Source: Octopus bimaculoides (taxonomy: Eukaryota). From it: 64,000 bases of DNA. The translations under genes were made by a program, and so were the position numbers. The DNA is taken from the NCBI RefSeq assembly GCF_001194135.2, contig NC_068982.1:60947339-61011338 (forward strand), read 5' to 3'. The notes beneath the pieces were generated by a model. The model saw only the letters and a list, made by a program, of their open reading frames with translations, ran no database searches and was not told where the DNA came from. Below are positions 51,950 through 64,000 of the stretch, one piece after another. The number at the start of each line of letters is the position of its first letter. Positions within the stretch are counted from its first letter, which is position 1.

Positions 51950-52140
51950 TTGTTGCTTAGGCCTGATCTAGGCAGACCTTTGATCAAAAGTATTCCACCT
52001 GTGACCCTCTCAACATATTCCTATTTGTAGAGAACCCCAAATCACATTATCCAAATATCCCTTTTTAAGATTGTAGAATGTGATTTCAAGGTGATTTGGC
52101 TGCTATTTCTAGCAGACTGAGAAACCACATAGAGGCTTGA
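51950..52140 (+). mobile_element. Unclassified repeat, family D (another copy at 58130-58310)
   Basis: GCAGACCTTTGATCAAAAGTATTCC...GATTTGGCTGCTATTTCTAGC. Confidence 0.65.
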
Positions 52141-54342
52141 AAATTTTATGTATTATTTCAATGTGTTAGAGTGTGTTCTAATGATAGTTACCCCTATCCA
52201 AATTTCAATTTTTTTTTTTATTACCTTGAAAAATGGACATTAAATTTAAATTCAATGTTTTTCTTAAAGTATGAATTTTCTCTCTCCTTTTGTCTCTCAA
52301 AGGCAAAAAAAAAATCATTGGATGTAGATGTAAAGAGGCAAAAATTTCCTATTATCGTGTCATGCTTATTTATCAAGATGGGGCAGCGTCAAATGCATTT
52401 TGGCCCCCAAAGCATTGAGAAGCCTTATTGAACTCTCTCTCACTCTCTCTCTCTCCATCTATCTATCTATCTATCTATCTCTATCTATCTATCTTGCTTT
52501 CTCTCAAATAGTTTTATCTTCACTGTTTTCTCTCAAACTTAGTTCACTAATTCATTTTCTTTTAACATAAACTCAAACATCTGTCTTTGCTACCTATCTT
52601 CAATTTGACTATGATAAAATACTACCTACTCTATTTAACTTTTCATTACATGAGTATTCTGTATACTAACAACACTGAATACTTCAAAATAAGTTTCATT
52701 AGTATATGAAAATATCACACATCCAGTTGATAATAAACATACAATAATATTCATAATGTATATACAAAAATTGAACATCACTAGCTTTTTTATTTCTCAG
52801 TGTAACTTCTCTTAAGAGTATGTTAAAAACAAAGAGCTCACTCAAAATGTTATCAGTGGATCACCAAACACTGATGTTTTGAATTGATTTGGTCTCATCA
52901 GTGATAAACACCTAAAATCATTCTGATACAGAAATGAGCAAACAAGGCAATTTACTGATTTGTATGAAAGCTAAAATTCACATACATATATGTGAATTTA
53001 TGTATGTAGAATATTTTCATTCATATATATGTATAATTTATATATATATATATATATATNNNNNNNNNNNNNNNNNNNNNNNNNNNNNNNNNNNNNNNNN
53101 NNNNNNNNNNNNNNNNNNNNNNNNNNNNNNNNNNNNNNNNNNNNNNNNNNNNNNNNNNNNNNNNNNNNNNNNNNNNNNNNNNNNNNNTATATATATATGT
53201 AAATTATGCATATATATATAATATATATTCATAATTTACATACACATACACACACAAACATGCACACACACATGTACACATACACACATATACATATGTA
53301 TGTATATATAAATTATATAGATATGTGTGTGTATGTATGCATGTATGTGTGCATGTATGTATATGTACATATAATCTGACTGAATCTATAAAATAGTCAT
53401 TCTAATTGTAATTTTCTGATACCTTCAATATCTTTGAGTTAAGTAACCTGTATTTTATACTGCTTATTATCTCACTTGCAAGCAGTTTTTAATGACCAGT
53501 GCTCAATATTCTAAATTCATTTGATCACAGATGATTTCATTGACCCAATGGATCATACATATCACATTCTAGCCTTCAAAGTTTACAGATTATATTTGAG
53601 CATTATAAAGTAACCAACTCCCTTTTATCACATGGCATCATGCAGCTATTCACTTGTGAATAATAAATGCTTTTGAGCAAGAGCAAAATTTCTCAGACCT
53701 TTTTAAACTATTAAGAACTGAAGCTAGTATGTTACTATTAATCCCATCAACCACAGTCGTTAACTCTACTGAATAACAGAAGTTATATACTACTTTAAGT
53801 AAAGTGTCACTTTAGTCTGTGGTATTTAGGTCTTGACTACATGTAATGTCTATCATGTCAATGCATCAATGCACTTAGTGAAAATGTTTGTTCATTGGCA
53901 ATCTGCTTGAATGCCACTATACATCTTGTGTATTCATTGATTGCACAGATAATATTAAGTTCCTTCACTGTTGGCTTGTAGAGTTGCTGACCATTAACGA
54001 ACATCTTAGTATTGATTCTGTGATATGAACCAGACCATTTACATATGGGAACTTCCAAGGACATTGAGACTTGAATTCTGCTGGAAATTTAAAGGCATAA
54101 TCTAAGACACTAATTAATATTTATCTTTAATAAACCACAGTCAAACTATTGTTTGCATAACTTTCTCATACACTTCTTTAAATCAAACAGTATACATGTA
54201 TCTAAAATGTTAATTTTAAAGTAAAAAATGGTATATGAATATTACTTCATAGTTAGAAGACACACACACACACATGTATATATATGTATATATACACACA
54301 CATTCATAGACATATAACTGTATCTATATCTATACATTTCCT

Positions 54343-55082
54343 CATCCTCATCATCATTTAATGGCCTTGTTCCATGCTGGAATGGATTGGATTTTTGATA
54401 AGAATTTGATGAGTCCAAGGACTATATCATGCACCAGCATCTGCATTGTCATGGTTTCTATGACTGGGTGGCCTTTCAAATGCCAACCACTTTACAGTGT
54501 GTACTGGATGCTTATTCCATGTCAATAGCACAACTGAGGTCACCATGCAGTTCACAAGTTTACAAACCCAAGGAGTATGTGTGCCTCCTTATGTTAGATG
54601 GTGGTTAATGTATGAGGGAAGAAGTTGGGGTAGAACAGGTTCTTGTTGTAGATGAGCTACATGGTTACTCATATGTAAGGGAGAGAGTATATAAGAGAGT
54701 GAGAATGAATTGGTGGTATCTCCAAAGTGATGGATAGTGGTGATGAGCTGTCCAGGTGTCACATCAGGTAACAGTAGTAGATGTGGGGTGGTTCAAGGGT
54801 ATATGGGAAGAAGATAGATGAAGTTTGGGTGGACTGCAGGAGTGGAGCAGAGAGATAGACAGGTATAGTACATGAGAAAAGATAATTTAAGGGTGGTCTA
54901 AGGAAGGGATGATAGAATGGCCACTGTAACATGTGTTCCTGGAGAATAGTATTAATGAAGGAGAATGGGTAACAAGTGACATGGATATGGATAGCAAAAG
55001 AAAAATGTGATGTCAGGAGTGGGGGAGAGTTGCAGTGGGCAGGGAGAGATGTGCAGGGGGGGGTGATTAGATGCACTGGAAC
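54343..55082 (-). mobile_element. RTE-type 3' UTR fragment, purine-rich on the plus strand
   Basis: CATCATCATTTAA...CCATGCTGG...GCCAACCACTTTACAG, followed by G-rich UTR as at 15 and 23.7 kb. Confidence 0.7.
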
Positions 55083-55184
55083 AGTAAAGTGTCGCTTTAG
55101 TCTGTGGTATTTACTTAAATTTAATACATACAATACATCCACACACACACATATATACACACACACATCATATGTATATATGCG

Positions 55185-55244
<60 letters not shown>

Positions 55245-55499
55245 TGAATAAAAATAAAAAAATATAAAAAAGGGTTTTGTATGATCGTGTATAGAGGAAT
55301 ATATTATTTAAAAGAGTTCTAACTCTGTCTGTTCTTTATGTTTTATTTATATTCTTATAAAATTAATGTGGGATGTAGAATATGGAACATATAATATAAA
55401 TAGTAAAATGAAATGAAGTATTGAATGTCTTATTGAATATATGAAATATTGAGTATTAAATATAGAGTATTAAATATATAAAGACTAGTATATTTTCCT

Positions 55500-56670
55500 G
55501 CTTCATGGCAGTCATCAAGGTCCCGTCAGACCTGAGTCTTCCTCATCCATGGGCTCCACCCATGTTTAGCAATGAGCGTTTCTTTATACAACAATCCTCA
55601 TTCATAAGTATCACTTGTTCATACCAACACAATCTTCTTTCTTGCAAACTACATATTTCAGCACATTTATACTATATTGTTCATGCACAATTACATTGCA
55701 CATCTAATAAAGCAGGTCCACTTCATTTCTTTTGTCTTCTCATTTCAAGGCCTCTGATTTCAAGGCCCATGTCTCACTACCATGCAACATTGTAGTTCCA
55801 AGACAAGCATCATACAGTCTGTCCTTCAATCTGTGGTAAAATGACTTTTGTTGCCAGCAGTAGCAGTAGCTCCCTGAACTTATTCCAACCCATTCATACT
55901 TTGGCTACTATACTTTCAGAGCAACCATCTCCCTTACAGATGATGTCTCCTTGGTAGCAAACGCTATCAACTACTTCTAGTGAACAATCAGGCATTTAAA
56001 GGTTTCTATTTCTGCTGTGCTCTTGGAATGTACTGTTCCAGTACATCTATTATATATGATGCTTATGTTCTCTGATAGTCTGACACAAATTCCATTACAT
56101 CTTTTGTGCATTCATAGCTTACATTGAGTGCAGTATATGGGGTTCATACCTACTCTTTTTCTGCATATCAAGTAAGGCTGTTTACCTGAGGGTATAAGGG
56201 TTCTGCCTTGTTTCCTACTAAAACTTTTGTCTTTGCTAATTTACCTTAAAATCTCTCAACCTCAGGTGTAGCTTCCATGCATGAAATTTTCTCTCTGATT
56301 CCTCTATAGATTCAAATATGAGAATTAGATCATCAGCATATAGGAGTTCCCATGGATAGCCTGTCTTCAACTCCTCTGTTATGGCCTGTAAGACTATGAT
56401 GAATAGAAGGAAACTGAGAACTGACACTTGATAAACTCCATCCCTCACATTAGATTCCTCACTGAAGCCATTGTTGACTCTCTCTTGATATACTGCATCT
56501 TCGTACATGACATACAGTTCTTATCAACCATCTGTTAATGCTTCGTTTCCACAGTCACCACAAGAGTTCTGTACATGGTACTCTGTCAAATGCCTTCTAC
56601 AGGTCAACAAATTCCAAGAGTAATAATTTACTCTTAGCCAAGTATTTCTCCTGTTTACATCTGTAGTACC
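55500..56670 (-). mobile_element. Decayed RTE ORF2 (RT domain through C-terminus)
   Basis: QEKYLAK...FVDL*KAFDRVP; WELLYADDLIL; CTQCKL*MHKRC; QERRLCWY. Confidence 0.92.
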
Positions 56671-56689
56671 ACTTTGAGAGAAAAATTGT

Positions 56690-57270
56690 GTATATGAGGC
56701 ATCAGATGAAGTGTGCAAGAGAGAAGACTGTGCTGGTATGGTCATGTGATTCATATGGATGAGGACAGCTGCATCAAGAAATGCTGATCTCTAATTGTGG
56801 AGGGAACATGTGCAAGGGGTAGACCCAGATAGACATGGGACGAAGTGATGAAAATGGTTCTTCAGACTTTAGACCTCTAAGAGGAAATGACAGGGGACTA
56901 AGACTTTTAATGGCTTTCTGTGCTTGAGAAGACATGCCAAGCTAAGTAAAATTGTAGCCATCCATACATACAGGTATATCCTCTATGTCCTTCTCTCAGC
57001 TGGGAGTCCTAGTCTTACAGGCTTCTGGATGTAGGTTCTATGTAAAAGCACCTGTGCTGGTGTCACATAAATATGCCCATATTGATGACAAGTTTCAATG
57101 CCTGTACCAGTGCCACATAAAAGCACCCATGCTAGTGCCAGGTTAAAAGCACCCAGTACACTCTGTAAAGTGGTTGGCATTAGGAAGGGTATCCAGTCAT
57201 AGAAACCATACCAAAACAGACATGGAGTCCAGACAGCTCTCCAACTGTCCAGTTCCTGTCAAACTATCCA
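56690..57270 (+). mobile_element. RTE ORF2 C-terminus plus 3' UTR, inverted relative to the adjacent fragment
   Basis: VQERRLCWYGHVIHMDEDSCIKKC...GRPR*TWDEV. Confidence 0.9.
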
Positions 57271-57480
57271 ATTAAATACTTGAAATCATTTTTCCATTCT
57301 CCATTTTCCATACTGGCATGGCCAACAGGGAAAATGGATGTTAGATGATCATGGTGATGAAGATGAAAAGTATAAACCAAGGATATATAATGAATTTGAC
57401 TCTACTAAAAGTATTGATTTATTTCTTCACTAAATGTTTATTTTTATATACAATTTTATAATTTATCACCCCTTTTGATG

Positions 57481-57557
<77 letters not shown>

Positions 57558-58414
57558 ATGCTTCTCTGTTTGCACATGTTGTTGTTGGTGTGCATATGCC
57601 TGTGTTTGTATTTATATGTATGTGTGAAGAACTGAGTTATAGTGATTTAAAATTGTGAGGGATTGCAGTGCAGAGACATTTACATGCAATTATTTTATAA
57701 GAAAATTCTGAAATGTTGAAAAATCAGTTATGAGTGAAATCACTGAAACTGAGAGAATAGCCAAGACCTAACAAGGCAGCAGTTAGCATCTGCAAAGTTT
57801 ATCTATATCATGCCATGTTTGTTATGCAGAAATGATGATTGAAAGTATTTAATATGTAGATAGTTCAATTGAATTAGTTGCCAAAAAGTGGAGTTATAGT
57901 TTTATTAATTTGTATGAAAATTAAACTGTTGTTGTTTGTAATTGTTGTAATGTGAGAAATCAAAGATTGAATATCAAAATATTGTTATGGTTCATTGAGA
58001 ACATTAAATAGGTTTAATTGTCTGGCAAATGTAATTAGTGGCAGACAGTGGATCTGTAACAATTCCAGCTGAGGAATTAACTATGATATATGAATTTGAG
58101 AGATAATCTCAGTTATTTCTGTTGTTATGTAGCTCCAAGGTAACTTTAATTGAGCAGACTTATTGATTAAAAGTATTCCAACCATAACCATCCCTCTTTT
58201 ATTTAATACGGTCCTTTTTTTCTAAGATGGTAAGATACAATTTGAGGGAGATTTGGCTGATACTTCTAGTAAGTTATGCAAGGCCATGTAGAGGCCTCCT
58301 CATGCACTAGATGTAAAGTAAGGTAAGGAAACAATTACTCAGCAGATGTACTGTTTGATAGAAATAAGAAAACAAAATGACTGCACAGATGTAGATATTT
58401 GATGCTTTCTGCTA

Positions 58415-58832
58415 TAGGCACAAGGTCTGAAATGTTGTAGGAAGTAGGTTAGTCAATCACATCAACTCCAGTGCTCAACTAATACTTATTTTATCAACTC
58501 CAAAAGGATGGAAGGCAAAGTTGACCTCAACAGAATTTGATCACAGAACATAAAACTGGAAGGAATATTACTATGCATTTTGTCTGGTGTGACAACAAAT
58601 CTTTTCCAGCTCGCCTCCTTGATGTGGATATATAATGTGTATAACTGATGTATGCTGAATATGTATACCAAATATTGGTTTCAAATATTGGCAGTGCTGT
58701 AATGGTACTTATTTTATTGATGCCAAAAGGTAAAGTTGACCTCAACAGAATTTGAACTCAGAACATTCAGATGAATGAAATGTCACTAAGCATTTTGCCC
58801 AGCATGCTAACAATTCTGCCAGCTCACCACCT
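58415..58832 (-). mobile_element. Two SINE B copies (58415-58620 and 58670-58832)
   Basis: AAAGTTGACCTCAACAGAATTTGA occurs twice. Confidence 0.85.
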
Positions 58833-61035
58833 TTATGTATACCAAATACTAACATGTACTAAAATTAAAACACAATTGGGGAGAGGGAGATAATTTGACC
58901 AATACTAAAAAGACAGTTTTCACAGATAAAATAGTAGTGCCTATAATATTTTCAGATATTTTTAACTTGTAAGTAACTAATTGAGTTAATATCTAGTTTG
59001 GTTTATAATAATGGGTTAAAGAATCTAAAGAAAACAGAAATGAAGTTCCAGAAGTTAATGAAATGATGGAAAGAAGGTGCTATTGGAAGGATTAGTCACT
59101 GTAAAGGCAATGAGCTTATTCTTGATCCAAAAATGTGTAACATGGGAAATTAAGTCAGTTCATTTGGCAGCATTAATGAGTTTGTTTATAAACTGATTAA
59201 AATAAATTTTAGGTTACTTCTGAGAAAGGAATTTCTGTAATTTAAATAAACCTCCTGCCTCTCCAAAAAGTGCATGTAATTATGAACTATAAATCTACAC
59301 CCTTATATCCATCATTTAGTCGTGAACTTTTAATATATACAAATATATTCTTTGTGAACTACAAATGCACAAATACTTATGACTTAAACTTCAACAAATT
59401 TCAACAAAACTAGCAACAGCTGTAAACAGTATATATCAGGTAACTGGTTAAACTTGCTCTGTCTTCTCTAGTTCTTTTCTTGTATAAATAAAATGTTTAT
59501 TTGGATATGAGCCAAGAGGATTGACGTCCAAAACTCAATATTCATATGCACAGCTATTTTGTTATTGAGATTTGTAGTTTTTCAGAATTTTTGACAAGTG
59601 GCTTCCTGTCAAATGATCAGGTTTCAGTGTTGGTTCTGGTCAAAAACAACTGCAAGAGACCGTTATCAAGTATTTACTCATGAACTGAGAATGATTTAAA
59701 GTTACTCTAGTGAAAAACAGATGCATTCAAAAACACAAATATAGGAAATCATCAATTAAGAGTGACATACTATTCAGCTGAAGTTTGAGATTGATTGGGC
59801 CACAAACTTTGGAAACTAATCTTTGGACTTCTTTTATTTTTAATTTATCTTTTAATATCTTCTTTCAGTTCTATATTTCCATATTTCTCCCTATAGTTTA
59901 GAGATTTGTGAAGTGTGAGACCAAAGACCTTTGCTTTTTTTAATATCTCTATAGCTTACCCTTTGAAACTAAAGTCACTCCATCATTCTGGTAATTTCAT
60001 GTCAATATTCGGCAAACTATTTAAAACTGGTTGCACACACTCTAAAAGTTTTTACTTAAATGATAAAAAAAATAACAAGTCATGGTACTAAATTAAGTAT
60101 GGAAGAAGGTCTTAAATACTAATACAAAAACCTATTTATTCACTAATGCTTGGATTACAATAAAAAAAAATTATTATTATTCAAATGCATTGTTGTTAAA
60201 ATCTTTATACCAGAGTGATAAAATCATCATCATTTTACGTCTCTTTCCCATGCTAGCAAGGGTTGGACTAGTCCATTCTTATTCACAATTCACAGTTCTT
60301 ATTCAGAATTACTGCACTTTTAAGTGGGTTAAAGGACCGCATCTCAACTCATACACTTCATTTTTGGTTTGATTTCTACAATTGGACACCATTTCTATTG
60401 CTAATGACTGAATGCACTTTACCATGGCACACCTGCTAAAGCAACTGTCATATCCTGAACAAGACTAAAGGGTCTTTTCAACCTAACATTGTCTCAATTC
60501 ATTTTCCCATTGTCTCTGCAGAATAAATATATCTAAATACAAGATATATCTTATTTCGTAAATTTAAAAACTTGGGTACAGTTATATTTCTTTCACATAA
60601 ATGTAATACAATTTTAGCCATTTTATGGTGATTATAAATATTGAAGCTAGCCACTTTATGAATAAGAAAGACTGATATTTCAAATATGTAATCCTTGTAA
60701 TGCTTCTAACACCATCAAAAAATGTTTATGTAAGGTTTTCTAAATAAAGAAAGGTTTTACATGCAACCAGAATAGTTATTTTCTCAAATAGTAGCATCGG
60801 TTATATAAGTACTGCAATATGGACACAACCAAACAATTTAAACTAAATAATAGGTATATAATAGATTTACATTCAAGTAGTTTTCTCTGTGGACTGTCTC
60901 ATTAATAGAACTAATGAATGTCGCCTATATAACATCATCAAATTTTAAGATGACCTTCATATTCTTTCTGTTATGTCATTTATTTATGCATATGCATACA
61001 TATATATGTGTATGCACACTTTACATATATGTGCA

Positions 61036-61090
<55 letters not shown>

Positions 61091-62813
61091 ATAGATATAG
61101 ACACGTACATATGTAGTCATTTGTGTGTGTGAAATTTTATGTATGTGTGTGCTTTTGTGCATGTGTGTATGTATGTACTTTGGTGTGTGTAACTGGCTAA
61201 TTTTGTATGTGTGCTTGTGAATTTGTGAGTGTGCTTGTGTACGTGTTTGCATACATAATATATACTCTCACACACAAAAGAGAAGAGGGGAAACAAGACT
61301 CAGCTGAAGTAAAGTGAAAATGTCTCCCTTTACAGCTGTAGATTTCCTAATTTTGCCTCAAGTCACTTTATTATCAATAGTAACTGATTGTAAAACATTC
61401 TGTTTAAAGTGGTAGTGCTTAATGTAATGGGACACTATATTGTAAGTTGGGCTTAATTTATATTCAAGATATAAAGTCTGTTAGGTATAATTCTACTGCC
61501 TTAAATCAAGCTTAGAAGAGGAATCCTTTGGTGTATTGAAGCACTTGTTAAATAGAAAGGCATAAAGATATAAATATCTTTCACTGCAAATAATTTCAAA
61601 GGTTCCAATGCAAATGATACACACTTAACAACATTTATGCACAGATATTTGTAAATAAGTTTATCAGTAAAGATCCCTGAGAAAAGACATTACAAATAAG
61701 TTTATGGTTATTTTCTATATGTTCTTCGTCCAGTATTCCAGCTATTATAAATGCAGCAACTGCATCGCCATTTTCCTTTGAATACTAGTAATTATTGTTT
61801 TATTGTTGGCTCTCTGTTAGTTTTACAGCTTTTGCAATAATATTTACTGTTATTACATTTACTGTGTAAGTAACAAAGCTTTTATTAGCTTACTAGTGTA
61901 CCCATACCATCAATAATGACGTCAAGTATGTTTTTCTTACATAAATGCATTGAAAATGATAATGAAATAAAGTGAAAATATAGGAAACTACATTTATTTC
62001 TTTATAGACATATGTACATGTTGTTGTAGACTTTTCATTGAATAACTTTGAAAAACGAAAAAAACACTTTGTGCTCAATATTTGCTTCAATAGATACACA
62101 AACTGAAAATTTAGCCAAATGATCGTGCAACAATGATGAGCAAGCAGACTACAAAAGCAGATTCTGCTTAGTTGTGTTTGTCAAAGTCCTTTCGTCATTT
62201 GTGACCTCTACAATGACATGCCCTCTCTACTCCAGGTCAGTTTCAGGTCTGTCCTGAAGGTTCTATTTACTATAATATTTATTTTATTACTAAGTTTTTA
62301 GAGAAAATTCTGTTCTCAAAATGATTCATTGGCTGCTCTTATTTCCTAAGTGGAATCTCAAATTATTTTTATTTCTAGTTTTTCGGAGTGTCACATGTAA
62401 AAAGATGGGAGAAGGAAGTTTCATCCAAACATGAGTTAATAACTTACCTTGTGATTCATTAATGGTCACAGCAAACAACATACTTAATGTTAGGAAAAAC
62501 CAGAGTAATATAGCTTATTTCTATCAATCTAGTTCGATGCATACCATAGCATGAGTGATTTAGTTTCCCTTTAAGCTCTAAGTTTGTTTTTCGTTTCCTT
62601 CATGGAAATGTGAAATGAGCTTTCATACCATATGGCACTCATATAAACAGACTCATACATTATTTGTCATTCATGTAAGTGGACTAATAAGTGAACAATA
62701 GCATGTGGCCTATTTCAGAAAGCACCACATACCTTCTGGAGCACAGACATATTGACCATCGTCATGTTGGATTTTTTATCATAAGTAGTTCACCATAAAG
62801 ATGAATAAGATAG

Positions 62814-62858
62814 TTGCTACTGATGAAGCCCAAACAAGCAGAAATATTTATCTAGAAA
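62814..62858 (+). ncRNA. Decayed type-I hammerhead-like fold
   Basis: TTGCTA-CTGATGA-A-GC(8)GC-A-GAAA-TATTTAT-C/TAGAAA; stem I 5 of 6 bp, AUC triplet, weak stem II. Confidence 0.35.
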
Positions 62859-63301
62859 TACCAGCACCACTGCTGATCTTTATTTGCTACTGATCTACTG
62901 ATATATTTTTCGTTTTTTAACATTATACATTTATCAAAGATGCTATCTCAAGATGAATACTGCAGTTCCACAAGCTTTCAACAATGTCTCTACTTTAAGT
63001 ATGATACACAGCTTGCTATTTTGGACTAATACTGCTTTTGTTGCTCAAAATGAATTTTTATTCAAACTGCAGGCTTATTGTGAAGAATATACATACTATA
63101 TATGTGATATATATACATTCTAAGCACATCAATACATAGGAGGCCAGAAATGGCCAGGTCTGATAACATAGATTTCATAGTAAGGTAAACAATATTGAAG
63201 GCATCAAGTATTGGTAGAATACTGTAGATATGCAAGTACCAGATCCAGTTTAAACCATAGATCCAACTCTGAAATTGGTTCAAGGTGTGGTATAAGTATA
63301 A

Positions 63302-63353
63302 AAAGAAAACACAAATGGTGTTTAAAATTCACAAAACCATTTGTGTTTTCTTT
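63302..63353. other. Hairpin with an 18-bp perfect stem and 16-nt loop
   Basis: AAAGAAAACACAAATGGT 63302-63319 / ACCATTTGTGTTTTCTTT 63336-63353; extends 4 more bp after one mismatch. Confidence 0.88.
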
Positions 63354-63669
63354 ATATATACTGATAACAATATGAACAAAATATAATACAATACACAGAT
63401 AAACAAATGGAATTAAATAACTACATACATTAACAAAATTAAATTAAATGCAAAAAAAATAAGTAGGTATAAACACATGAACAAATAAATAAAAACAAAT
63501 TAAACGAACATGTATAAACAGGGGATACAGATAATACAGGCACTTACTAAACATAGACACACATAGAGGGATACACATGCGCAAATATAGACACATACAA
63601 TAGGAATACAAAATACAAAATGGCTGATCGTTAGTAAGGAGGGACACACAAATAAGGAAGAAGAAAGCA

Positions 63670-63716
63670 AAGGACCACTGATGAGGTCACAGAAGTGTGA
63701 CGAAAGAACTCTTGCC
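63670..63716 (+). ncRNA. Hammerhead core with intact stem II and degenerate stem I
   Basis: CTGATGA 63678-63684; G; GTCACA-GAAG-TGTGAC; GAAA; stem III AGAACTCT is one base from the palindrome AGAGCTCT. Confidence 0.5.
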
Positions 63717-63847
63717 GAAATACAATCGATGTAATATACAGCTGAAGCAAATTAACACCAAATATATAGTGCTTGTGTTTTTATTGGCTAAACTGGGAAC
63801 ATGACCATCCCCCAAATACAACAATATCTGTTTCAACACACGATTTC

Positions 63848-64000
63848 ACAGAGGACCAAAGACTCGGGGTATTTCGTGTTGCAAGACAGTGTAGGAGAGA
63901 GAATAGTGATGTCGTAGGAGAGAAATGTGTTTGCATAGATGATGGTACGCTTGCACTAAATGAGGCTGCAAAGAAAGAGGTCTGGAGATGCCACTACGAT
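63848..64000 (+). mobile_element. RTE ORF2 fragment (linker upstream of RT), continues beyond the window
   Basis: EDQRLGVFRVARQCRRENSDVVGEKCVCIDDGTLALNEAAKKEVWRCHYD. Confidence 0.8.

Noticed and set aside
53830-54070. Possible hAT transposase remnant (YSGIQA...)
   Set aside because: Similarity is too short and broken by stops to support

Overview
AT-rich eukaryotic, repeat-saturated, gap-ridden (12 N-runs) draft-genome window. The repeat families are consistent with a coleoid cephalopod, most likely Octopus (inference from recalled repeat families, not a database match). I cannot support any host protein-coding gene; nearly all supplied ORFs are microsatellite, gap or retroelement artefacts. 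Content: two tRNA-derived SINE families (about 25 copies or fragments), about 12 RTE-clade LINE fragments with (GAT)n tails, a Penelope-like element (RT + GIY-YIG) abutting an R4/Dong-type restriction-like-endonuclease LINE fragment, a CR1-type RT fragment, TTAA-flanked piggyBac-type MITEs, a 176-bp solo LTR with a 5-bp TSD, and abundant microsatellites. The most interesting signal is a set of short, non-coding, mutually unrelated elements that each carry a type-I hammerhead ribozyme fold (about 2.6 kb, 7.3 kb partial, an inverted pair at 41.3-41.5 kb, 46.4 kb, 62.8 kb and 63.7 kb), plus a 354-bp tandem insertion with a degenerate hammerhead-like core. These look like Penelope-derived solo pseudo-LTRs or retrozyme-like elements. 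Most repeat boundaries are approximate (about +/-20 bp); the ribozyme, hairpin and LTR coordinates were counted base by base.
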